Shown here piece by piece: positions 38,501 through 49,194 of a DNA stretch of 64,000 bases; position 1 is the stretch's first letter, and the number at the start of each line of letters is the position of its first letter. Source of the stretch: Selaginella moellendorffii (taxonomy: Eukaryota; Plantae; Lycopodiophyta); NCBI RefSeq assembly GCF_000143415.4, contig NW_003314293.1, positions 1,494,457 through 1,558,456 of the forward strand. The letters are read 5' to 3'. Position numbers and translations under genes: made by a program. The notes under the pieces were generated by a model. The model did not search any database, had not been told where the DNA came from, and was given only the letters and a program-made list of their open reading frames with translations.

Positions 38501-41500
38501 AGGTGCTGGACCAATTCCAGGATACCATGCCGGAGGAGCTACCGGCGGGGTTGCCCCCCGCACGACCGATAGAACATAAGATTGAGCTGGTCGAGGGTGC
38601 TGAGGCGGTGGTTCGTCCACCCTATCGATTGAACGAAAAAGAACTCAAGGAGATCAAGAGCCAACTAGAGGAGTTGGTGGACAAAGGGTATGTTAGGTTG
38701 AGCAAGTCGCTGTATGGGGCGCCAGTGCTATTTGTGAAAAAGAAAGATGGATCTATGCGCATGTGCATAGACTACCGGTTGCTCAACAAGTATACCAAGA
38801 AGAACAAGTACCCTTTGCCAAGGATTGAGGATCTGTTCGATAGGTTGGGAAAGGCAAAATACTTCTCGAGGATTGACCTAAGGTCAGAATACTACCAGAT
38901 CAGGGTAGCTGAGGAAGATGTCGAGAAGACAACCTGTCGAACGAGGTATGGGAGCTTTGAGTTTCTGGTGATGCCCTTTGGGCTATGCAATGCGCTGGCA
39001 ACGTTTTCGGCGTTGATGAACCACGTCTTTGTACCCTATCTGGATCACTTCGTGGTCGTCTATATCGACGATATCCTGATCTATAGCGAGACGCTAGAGG
39101 AGCATGCCGAACACTTGGCGAAGGTGTTTGAGAAACTAAGGGAATACAAACTGTATGCTAAAGAGAGCAAATGTGACTTTGCTCAACAAGAGGTAAAGTT
39201 TCTTGGGCATGTGGTGGGCCAGGACGGGCTCAAGGTGGACCCGGAGAAGGTCCAAGCGATCCAGGAATGGGAGCGACCTTCGAATGTACATGAGTTGAGG
39301 GCGTTCTTGGGGCTATGCAACTACTATCGAAAGTTTATCAGACACTATTCGAGAGTAGCCCTACCCTTAACGGACCAAACAGGAAAAGGGAAGATGGTAT
39401 GGACAGCGGAATGCGAGGCGGCATTCGTCCACCTCAAAGGGAAGTTGAGGAAGGCTCCGGTGTTGGCATTACCAAATTTTGGTAAGGACTTTGAGGTAGA
39501 CATGGATGCTTCGGACTTTGCGTTGGGCGCAGTTTTGAAGCAAGACAACCATCCAGTAGCATTCTTCTCGAAGAAGTTGGACAAGGCTCAACGGAAGTGG
39601 CTTGCCCACGAGAAGGAATTGTTTGCGGTGGTCAAGGCGCTCAAGGAGTGGCGACACTACCTTGGGAGACATTTCAAGGTTTACACGGACAATGTGGCAA
39701 CGAAACACTTCTTGTCACAGCCCGACCTGAGAGGGAAACAAAGTCGGTGGGCCAATGCCTTGGCCGGGTTTGATTGCGAGATTCTGTACAAGCCTGGGAA
39801 GAGCAACATCGTGGCAGATGCGCTAAGTCGAAAAGCGAGCTTGAGGTTGGCGATCTCCAGCGCAACAGCAACCTTCTGGGACGATGTGCGGACAGCATAT
39901 GAGAACGATGGTCTAGCACAAGAAGTGTTGTTGAGGAATCTGGAGGCGCGGGAAGCTCACCAGAGAGGGGAGCTGCCAACGGAAGAGAAAACGGGCTATG
40001 CGGAACGCAACGGACTCATTTATTACAAGCAAACGAGGGTATATGTTCCAGAAGGGGGACTAAGGAAGGTAGCCTTAGAAGAGTGTCATGACGGACCTCT
40101 TGCGGGACACGGCGGAGTGCCCAAGACGATGGGCTTACTCAAGAGGAAGTACCATTGGCCAGATATGGCTAAGGACGTCCAAGACTATGTAAAGACATGT
40201 CCAACATGTCAGCAGGTCAAAGCCGTGACTAAGGCTAGTGGGGGCTTGTTGCAAAGCATCCCAATTCCAGATCGTCCGTGGAAATGTCTTACGATGGACT
40301 TCATCACGGGACTACCCCCAAGCGAGGGGTTTGATGCGATATTCGTGGTGGTGGATCGATTTTCGAAGATGGCACATTTCATACTCACCACAACGAAAGT
40401 GGATGCAGAAGGTGTGGCGAAGCTGTTCTTCGAACAAGTGGTTCGAGTGCGGGGAAGGCCAGAAGAGATTATCTCAGATCGAGATAAGATCTTCACTAGT
40501 AGGTTCTGGAAGACCCTCCTGGAACAGTATCGCACCAAATTGAAATTCAGCACAGCCTATCACCCACAGACAGGTATGGGGTATTAAGTCAAGTTTGGTG
40601 GTCCTAACACTTCTTGACAGACGGACAAACGGAAAGGGTGAATAGGCAGCTGGAGGATTATTTGCGATGCTATGTCTCGGGAGACCAGACCGATTGGGTA
40701 AGTCATTTGGGACTTGCGGAAATGTGTTATAACAACTCACCACATTCGAGTATCGGGGTGAGTCCATGGGAAGTCATCAATGGGCGAGCTATTGAAGGTC
40801 CTGTGGAACTCGGCGTGGCCGAGTATCATGGAGAGCTACCCGCAGTGGAGGCATTCACGGCGGAAAGACTCAACATTTGGAATCTAGTGAGGGATTCCTT
40901 GGAACGGGCTCAACAAAGGCAAACCAAGTATGCGAACCTAAAGCGCCGGGATGTAGAGTTCCAAGCTGGGGAGAAGGTGTGGCTGAACACCAAGAACCTC
41001 AGGCTACCAAGTGGGATTAGCCGAAAGTTGACCCAAAGGTAAAAATGCATGTATTCCTGTAAATGAATTGATCTTGAGTTCCTTAAGCAGGTTCGCGGGG
41101 CCTTACGAGATTGAGGCACGAATCGGTAAAGTGGCTTACCGACTCCGACTTCCTCGAGAGATGGGGAAGATGCACCCAGTGTTCCACGTGAACTTACTCA
41201 AGCCGTACTTTGAGGATCCGCTTCGCAAGGACCAAGTAAGACCTTTACCTGAGGTTATCCAAGGGGAAGAGGAATATGAAGTCGAGGCCATCCTCAATGC
41301 GCGCAAGAGCAAGCGACAAGGACGCGAGGTGAGAGAGTTCCATGTGAAGTGGAAAGGATTTCCACATTGCGAAGCAACATGGGAACCGGAGGAGAACCTA
41401 GCGAACGCGCGAGATCTAGTGGAGGAATTTCTGCAAGGCAGAACTCTATGTACTTATGCAAAGTTCAATTAAAATATCAATTTGCAAAGTTGAGCAAGTG

Positions 41501-43022
41501 GCATATGTTGGGACCCGAAGGCGCGCCGAAGGTAAGCTAATTAGCATGGGTTAGCTAGGTCGACCAGGCGTAGGGAGCTACGCCCGACTCCCTGCGGGGA
41601 TGTCGAATCCGTAGACGTATTCTACGGAGGTTGGGTTCGAGTCCCAACCCCCTAGTAAAGCAAGGTTGGGTTCAAGTCCCGACCCTATACTAGGGCGTGG
41701 TGAGGTGAGGAGCATAGGGACACCTATATTCTGTTGTCATGGGCTCTTGGCCGGGGAGGCTAACTTAGGCACACTGCTAAGTGGGGGGATGCCCCCGGAG
41801 ACATGGTCAACAAGTCGTAGGATAAAACGAGACGTTCGATGTGGGCATCGAACTTCTTCTATGGGTGGTGGAGTTGTAAGGAACCAACTCGCCGAGGTGT
41901 CGTAGGCTAAAGGAACCCTGAAAGCATGACCAAAATGACAAAGAGTTCATCGGATGGGACCAAGTCGAAGATCGAGTCCAAGACCGACTCTAGGACCGAG
42001 TTCGAGATAGAGTCCAGAATCAAGTCTGAGACCGACTCGGGGACCGAGTTCGAGTCCGAGTTCGAAACCGAGTTCGAGACGGAGTCCGAGATCCGAAATC
42101 GGGTCCGAGACCGAGTCCGAGGTCGAGTCCGAGGTCGGGTCCGAGATCGGGTCCGAGATCGAGTCTGAGATCGAGTCCGAACCCGAATCCGAAGTCGGAT
42201 CCGAAATCGGGTCCGAGATCGAGCCAGAGACTAAGTCCAAATACTAATACGGGTCAAGGGGTGAAAGCCCAAAGCGTGCGTCTCCCAGGGGAGGGGGGCT
42301 GCAAGGGGTTCCAAAAGTATAGTAGGGATAGTGAGGTCCAGGAACCAGTTTAGAAGGGACTCTCCAGTGGGGCTCCCAAACTGACTTGAGGTTGGGACTG
42401 GGACCGAGGGGCCTTGGGTGGGAGTGAGCATGGACTTGGTTGGTGCCGGAGGGGCCATCCAAGGAAGTGCTCAAGAGTAGCTCCCACTCCCGAAAGGGAA
42501 ATCGATTGCGGTGCTCCCGGCTCATGTGGAGTGGTGCCCCACTTGAGTACCATGCGGCTCATTGGTCCTCGCCTTTCCTAGGGGCTTGGGCCTTCCTTCG
42601 GGATGGAAGTGGGGGGCGAGAGGTACCCATACCGGGTCGCTAGGCCACGGTGTTTCGCCCCGGCGTCCCGAAGCAAGTGTTGCACTCAAGACTTGGGATT
42701 TAGAGGGTCCCATGATCAAGTCTTGTGGTACCAAAGGATGTTAGGAACCTGGAAGCTTGGTGTGCTTGGCTGCTTGTGCTTGCGGGGAGTGTAGCCGAAC
42801 CTTAAGTCCAGTCTAACCCAGGGAGGGGGATTGGGAGTGATTTGGGAATCCGTGGAGGGATGGCTAACACTCCGTTGCTCGTGCAGTGAGTAGCTGAGAC
42901 CAAGTAGGAGCTGGTACCATAGGCGAGAACCTTGGCAAGGGAACTTAGCAAAAGCCAAGGCGGTGTTGGACGGATAGACGAGGTAAGCTGGCAAATTGGA
43001 AAGGAAAAATTTGTGGCTTACA
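35523..43022 (+). mobile_element. Element B: Ty3/gypsy chromovirus, full length
   Basis: LTRs 35523-36658 and 41875-43022 (TG...CA, differing in length by one 12-bp repeat unit); TSD GTAGT at 35518-35522 and 43023-43027; PBS TGGTATCGGAGC at 36662; PPT ATGGGTGGTGGAGT at 41861-41874. Confidence 0.97.
36718..41472 (+). pseudogene. gag-pol of element B (Gag-CCHC-protease-RT-RNaseH-integrase-chromodomain) with short introns and premature stops
   Basis: CYNCGEAGHFSREC, LIDTGAS, YIDD, DASDF, HHCC, MDF/SDRD/GQTER, GPY and EYEVEAIL...VKWKG...TWEPEENL; in-frame stops at 36739 (TGA) and 38122 (TAG); frame changes coincide exactly with GT-AG inserts at 40574-40620 and 41039-41090. Confidence 0.92.
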
Positions 43023-44275
43023 GTAGTGCCACCCACACTTGGACTGGGAGCATTGGCTAGTCGATCTCCCGAGGGAACTAGAGCCAGCTCTTGAACACTT
43101 CACCAAGCTACCCTGCTTGTTAGTTTGTGTTTACTTTAGTCTTGGAGTTCCCAGTGGGCAGCTCATCACCCAACACTGGGTACAGCTTTCCTGGGCCAAA
43201 CCGGCCTTTCCTGGCCAAAACTGGCTCCACTGCAGTCCTCCCCCTACTATACTTTTGGAGTTCACCAAACCCCCCAGGGTCTGGGAGATGAACGCTTTGG
43301 GCTTTCACCCTCTCAGACTTGAACTTGGATTCGGACTCGGACTCGAACTCGGACTCGAACTCAGGCTCAGACTCGGGCTTGGGCTCGGTCTCAGCTTTGG
43401 CCTCGGTCTCGGCCCCGATCTGGGCCTCGGTCCCGGTCCCGGCCTCGGTCCCGGTCCCGGTCTCGGTCCCGGTCCCGGTCTCAGTCCCGGTCCCAGTCTC
43501 GACTTCGGACTCCATCTCGGGTCCATCTCGAGTCCACCTCGGACTCCATCTCGGACTCCATCTCGGGTCCATCTCGGGTCCATCTCGGACTCCATTTTGG
43601 ACTCCATCTCGGACTCCACTTCGGACTCCACTTTGGACCCCAACTCGGGTCCATCTCGGACACTTCCACGTGTCATGTGTTGGTCTTTTTGGGTCCCTTT
43701 TTGGAGCCTCGCTTATTGCTCGCTTCGTGCTCGTTCCTCGAGCACTTCGTTGGGAGTTCCACTCCCACTCTCGACTTTTTCAAGTCAGAGCTTTTAGTCC
43801 AAATGTGTTACACTCATTTGGCTTTCACTTCGGCCATTACCACGTGGCACCCTTTCAGCTCCACTTTGGGGCCTAAGGATTTTTTGTCTCACAAATAGCC
43901 ACTAAAGGCTCTTTCATTAAGTAATTGCCCTTTTTCTAGTTGGCTTAGGGTGTGTTATATATAGTATCAGAGCAAATGGCAGCACACCAAAATGTAATTG
44001 CTCAGCACACCTAGTGCTCTCAAATGCACTTAAACATGATAAGAAACTCCTTTATAGTTGAAAATTGAATACAACATGCTGCCCTAAACTCACATAGAAT
44101 ATTCTCTAGAATATTCTCTAGAGGGAATATTTAGAGAATCTCCATGCTCTAAGATGCTTTACGACATATATCTTTCTTTTCCAAAAATAGCCCTAGAGCC
44201 CTATATGGCAAGCAACTTAATATACCCTTTATCAACCAACTTCTTGAGTTAACATTTTGTAAACTCCTGAGTTTT

Positions 44276-44329
44276 GACTTCCTGGGAGGTCACCCAACCC
44301 AATACTATTCAAACCCAAGGACACTTAAC
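44276..44329 (-). ncRNA. 5S rRNA-derived internal promoter segment (A-box/IE/C-box) in the TRIM LTR; second copy at 45927-45980
   Basis: Minus strand GTTAAGTGTCCTTGGGTTTGAATAGTATTGGGTTGGGTGACCTCCCAGGAAGTC versus plant 5S GTTAAGCGTGCTTGGGCGAGAGTAGTACTAGGATGGGTGACCTCCTGGGAAGTC (from memory). Confidence 0.85.
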
Positions 44330-44483
44330 CCCAAATATCCCAAGACCCTTAACCGATTGGAAAAGGGGGTACACTCTTATTCATAGGCCCTTTTTTCCTC
44401 TATATTTGAACCCCATGGATCATCTCTCAAGTCGTTCCTTTTGGTTGCTTACAATTCACCACACTTCCCTGCAAGTTCACGCC

Positions 44484-45632
44484 TGTAAAGAACCAACTCC
44501 CCGAGGTGACGTAGGCTAAAGGATCCCCGAAAGCATGACCAAAATGACAAAGAGTTCATCGGATGGGACCGAGTTTGAGATCAAGTCCAAGACCGACTCT
44601 AAGACCAAGTTTGAGATAGAGTCCGGGATCAAGTCCGAGGCCGACTCGGAGACTGAGTTCGAGACCAAGTTCAAGACAGAGTCCGAGATCCGAGATCAGG
44701 TCCGAGACCGAGTCCGAGGTCGAGTCCAAAGTCGAGTCCGAGATCGGGTCCAAGATCGAGTCCAAGATCGAGTCCGAGACCGAGTCTGAAGTCGGATTCG
44801 AGATTGAGTTCGAGATCGAGCCTGAGACCGAGTCCAAATACTAATACGGGTCAAGGGGTGAAAGCCCAAAGCATGCGTCTCCTAGGGGGGGGGGGGGCTG
44901 CGGGGGGTTCCAAAAGTATAGTAGGGATAGTGAGGTCAAGGAACCAATCTTGAATGAACTCTCCAGTGGTGCTTCCAAATTGACTTAAGGTTGAGACTGG
45001 GGCTGAGGGGCCTTGGGTGGGAGTGAGCATGGTCTTGGTTGGTGCCGGAGGGGCCACCCAAAGAAGTGCTCAAGAGCAGCTCCCACTCCCGAAAGGGAAA
45101 TTGACTGCGGTGCTCTCGGCTTATGTGGAGTGGTGCCCCACTTGAGTACCTTGTGGCTCATTGGTCCTCGCCCTTCCTAGGGGCTTGGACCTTCCCTTTG
45201 GGATGGAAGTGGGGGGGTAGAGGTACCCATACTTGGCCGTTAGGCCACGGTGTTTCGCCCCAGCGTCCCGAAGCATGTGTTGCACCCAAGACTCGGGATT
45301 TAAAGGGTCCCATGATCAAGTCTTGTGGTACCAAGGGATGGTAGGAACCTGGAGGCTTGGTGTGCTTGGCTGTTTGTGCCTACATGAAGTGTAGCCGAAT
45401 CTTATGACTAATCTAACCCGGGGAGGGGGATTGAGAGTGATTTGGGAATCCCTGGATGGATGGCTAACGCTCTGTTGTTCATGTAGTGAGTAGCTAAAAC
45501 CAAGTAGAACCAAGTAGGAGCTGGTACTATAGGTGGGAACCTTGGCGAGGGAACTTAACTAAAGCCCAGGCAGAGTTGGTCGGATAGACAAGGTAAGCTG
45601 GCAAATTGGAAAAGAAAAATTTGTGGCTTACA
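44484..45632 (+). mobile_element. Solo LTR of family B inside the TRIM
   Basis: TGTAAAGAACCAACTC...TTTGTGGCTTACA, collinear with the B LTRs; TSD ACGCC on both sides. Confidence 0.95.
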
Positions 45633-48030
45633 ACGCCCTCGTGAATGGAAACTAAAAGCTGCAGCTCTCCAGAGAGCCCCACTCTCTTGACACTCTACCC
45701 CTCGGGTCAAGCCTAACGGGAGCAAATTGGACCAGCCAGACGCCCTTGTGAACGGAAGTTGAGAGCACAGCTCTCCAGAGAGCCCCGCTCGCTTGACACC
45801 CTACCCCTCGGGTCTAGCCCAGCGGGAGCAAATTGATGTCAATATATATGTGGTGTGATTTCCCTAGCCAACCAACAAAATCAGACCTGAGACTGCTCCG
45901 ATACCAAATGTAAGCTCATGAGTTTAGATTTCCCAAGAGGTCACCCAACCCAGTACTGTTTAAACCCAAGGATGCTTAACCCTAAGTATTGCAAAACCCT
46001 TAACCGATTGGAAAAGGGGGTGCATTTTTATTCATGGGCCTTTTTTCCCTCTATATTTAAACCCTATGGATCGTCTCTCAAGTCGTTCCCTTTGGTTGCT
46101 TACACATTTAAGCTCTTCAAGTTCTTTTTCATTTAACCAATAAAGAGGACAAACCATTGCCTTAGCACCCTCAATCAACTTGATCTTGTTTTCTATCATT
46201 CAAGTAGAGGGTAATTCCACTAGTAATTCTTTAGCATGGTATCTTCAAATTGGTTTAACACTTGCTAAATCATTAAAAACATTTCCTTTGTTTTTTTCAC
46301 TCTTCATAAAGAGTAAGCACAAAAATGTTACTTTGGTTCATTTAATCCTCTCGTGGACACCATGTTTAAGTAAAAGTTTTTAGGATCTTAGACCTCCACC
46401 TTAGATTGTTCTCCTTAGGCACTCACTAATACCACTAGATTTCCCCGTTATCCATGCAAATCTACCATAAACTAATTGAATTAATCCATCCCAAAGATCA
46501 TATCAAATCCTACTATATCCAAAATGGTGAAATTAATGTTCACTTTTTATATCCTTACTTTGACTTTTGTTTATCAAAATACCTCATCAGTGTTTTGAAT
46601 ACCTTGAATGAACTCTATAGTTCTTAATTCTCCTAACCATATACCATTAATCCAATTTGTCAAACTATGTCTATAGCTACAAAGTTGTACAAAGCATGGT
46701 TTGGACTTCACCCGACTTAATGTTCATGTTGACTTGGCCTTTTTTGCGTAAGGACATTCTCTTGAGAAGTGTCCAACTTCACCACAATTGAAATATATAT
46801 TGTTCTCCATTCTATTAACAACTTAATCTTTTTATTGGTAGGTTTGTTGTTTTTGGCTTAACTCCCCCATATGCTTCCACTTAATCTACTTTTTCAAAAC
46901 CCCAATAACTCATTATAGAGAAACTTCTTTTGAATTTCCTTTTTTCATACATCCTTCTTGGTTTGGATCTCTTGCTAAATATGGATCTAGACTTAATTGT
47001 GTTTTTTTTTCATAGAATATCATTAAAATACATCTTGATAGACATATCTAATACTTCCTTATAATTGGTCGAGTTCAAGCATACCACCTCAACCCGAGCC
47101 TAAGTCTGCAATCCCAAGATAAACACATAGAATACATCTATGTCCCCTATATCTATAATAATGATCCTTTTAGCCATAAATGCATTTATATACTCTTGAA
47201 TGGTCCTAATTTACTTAAGCATACTTAATTTATTCTTTAGATGTAGAATTTGGGGTACATAAATTGCTTTAATCCTTGCCTTCATCACTTTCTAAGTAAC
47301 CACTGGACCTTTGTTAATCTCTATGGTTCTCCACTAAAATTTAGCATTAACCGCTAAATATAATTTTGCACATGGGACCTTTTTCAAGCTTCGTAACCAA
47401 AACACTCAGAAGTAATCCTCTATATCATAGAACCAATCCTCCACTACCTTATAATCATTCACTTTTTTAAAGATTGGTGAATGCTTTGGTTCATACCTTA
47501 GAATATGAGACAGACTCCAACTTGGTTTGCTCAACCTTTTTTAGTTCTGTCTCAATACCTTTTGCACTATCTGCATTCACAATCTTTTACCTTTTCGTTT
47601 ATTTCTTATTACACATTAACTTATGGATAAAGGTCTCTAGTAGAGTATTTTTGTGAGCCATTTGTCCTTCTAAAGCATCACATTGAGCCTTGGATAATTA
47701 AACCTCTTCATGAATTCCCAAATTCTTTCTCAATTCCCCCTTCTAGAGTTAGACTAAACTTAAGGTTTTACACTCCCTGTAGGCACAAACAACCCAACAC
47801 ACTAAACCTCAAAGTTTTTAACATCTTATAGTATAACAAAATTTATTCACAGGGCCCTCTAACTCCTAAGCCTTGAATGCATCTTTTAATTCAAGACTCC
47901 AAGGGAAAACACTATAACTTAATATATAATTCTTCACTTCGGTCCCAAATAAAAGGCCTAAACCTCTATAAAGGGGCTAAAACCAATAAACCTCATAGTA
48001 TTCAAATAGGGCAACACTCCAAGACACTCA

Positions 48031-48200
48031 CTTGGTTTCCCTGGTAATCCAGCAAATGCACCTTGCTGCCATGTGTCCCCAGCACAATCATCCACTCAGC
48101 AATGATGATGCAAGAGGCTGTGTCACTGGAGAGAAGAGAGGGAACACTACCTCCCAAGTGCTGGTTTTCAGATGCAACTCCTCCTCGTCATCAATTGCCT
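48031..48200 (-). pseudogene. VPS41: Isolated VPS41 N-terminal exon fragment
   Basis: GGSVPSLLSSDTASCIIIAEWMIVLGTHGSKVHLLDYQGNQ matches the recalled plant VPS41 N-terminus (GGxVPxLLSxDAASCI...LGTHxGxVxxLDxxGNQ); frameshift upstream. Confidence 0.75.
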
Positions 48201-49194
48201 CTTGCAGATGCATAGGAAACCAGGTTCCACAAATTCTAACTTGCGCTTCTTTCTCCCTTCTTTTGGTAGGTATTCTCTAAGAATGGTTAAGGAAATAACC
48301 TTCTGATTCGCCTATAAATTGACTTCATCTCAGGGGAGTGTTCTCTTTCTTAAGAGCGATCCATTGACAGGAACATCTTAGGGATTGGCAATGGAGGACA
48401 AGGAGGAGGAGCTTGGGCACCCTGATGACAATGATGAATGCAATGATGATGACGCCGTCACAGTCCTCTTTTCTCATTTTGAGGGAGCACGCCAAATGCT
48501 TGGAGATGTTCTTGACAATCCAAACAAAAGAGGTGAAGTCCTTTTCTATTGGGATCTCTTTTGGTTGTGGTTGTTAATCCTTTGTGGTCTTCCACAGAAG
48601 TTCTTATGTTCACAAACAGACCAAAAAAATTGAAAGTTTGAGTCTGCAAAACTGGATGTGTTTATAACCGTCTGGAGAGAAAAGAAAACAAATAAAAGCA
48701 TTGTTCAGCAGGGCCTGGGTCAAAGCTTTTTAATGTTCTTCCTGTTTTTGAGAACTAGCGTGCTTAGGTGAGATTGAAGGCAAGAGGAAAAACGGATTCG
48801 TGCAGAAAATTAACATTAAACCATTATTATAACGGATTAAAGAAACAAAGCAAAAATCTTGGTAAACCTAAGAAACCTAACAAAATGATAAATCGAACTT
48901 AACATTTATAGATTTTCGCAGCTTGATTAACTGTATCCTCCTTTCCCAAATTGTAGAGGATGATTAGCGTGATATATCCAGTTATACTTTGGTCAATTTA
49001 AGTTGTTACACTTTGATTTATTTGAATATTGTATCAATTGCTAAATCGATTAATCGACTAGTAAATATGCAACATCTTTGCTCAAATATCTTTGTTTTTC
49101 AACCGTTATTAATTTATCTATTTAATGATAATAAATATCAAACATCAGTTTTAGTATATAATTATTAAAATAATGAACATATTGCATGCTTGAT

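Larger units (their letters stand above)
28903..43893 (-). mobile_element. Element A: non-autonomous (LARD-like) LTR retrotransposon, 5' LTR interrupted by element B
   Basis: TG...CA LTRs at 28903-30788 and 34810-43893 (split by B); TSD AATAG at 28898-28902 and 43894-43898; tRNA-iMet-type PBS on the minus strand at 34795-34806; PPT at ~30789-30802; ~4-kb internal region without gag/pol ORFs. Confidence 0.9.
44258..46104 (-). mobile_element. Cassandra-like TRIM with 5S rRNA-derived LTRs
   Basis: 196-bp LTRs at 44258-44453 and 45909-46104; TSD CATTT; minus-strand PBS TGGTATCGGAGC at 45895-45906; PPT at ~44454-44469; ~300-bp internal region with a ~105-bp tandem repeat. Confidence 0.9.
44165..48030 (-). 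mobile_element. Element D: old, truncated B-family relic (LTR part, gag, protease, start of RT), interrupted by the TRIM
   Basis: Reverse complement is collinear with B (e.g. AAGGTCCCATGTGCAAAA, GTCGGGTGAAGTCCAAAC); continues at 44165-44257 left of the TRIM; many stops. Confidence 0.85.

Noticed and set aside
41625-41685. tRNA gene or tRNA-derived SINE
   Set aside because: Only T-arm-like hairpins; no acceptor stem, D arm or anticodon arm evident
43899-44165. Additional element with PBS-like TAGTATCAGAGC (~43961)
   Set aside because: No paired LTR, TSD or coding remnant could be defined
44276-44329. Bona fide 5S rRNA gene
   Set aside because: Only ~54 nt of the internal control region, embedded in TRIM LTRs
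46690-46710. Deletion in relic D as precise loss of the 55-nt gag intron
   Set aside because: It starts a few bases before the donor and extends ~130 nt into the protease, so it is not a precise intron loss
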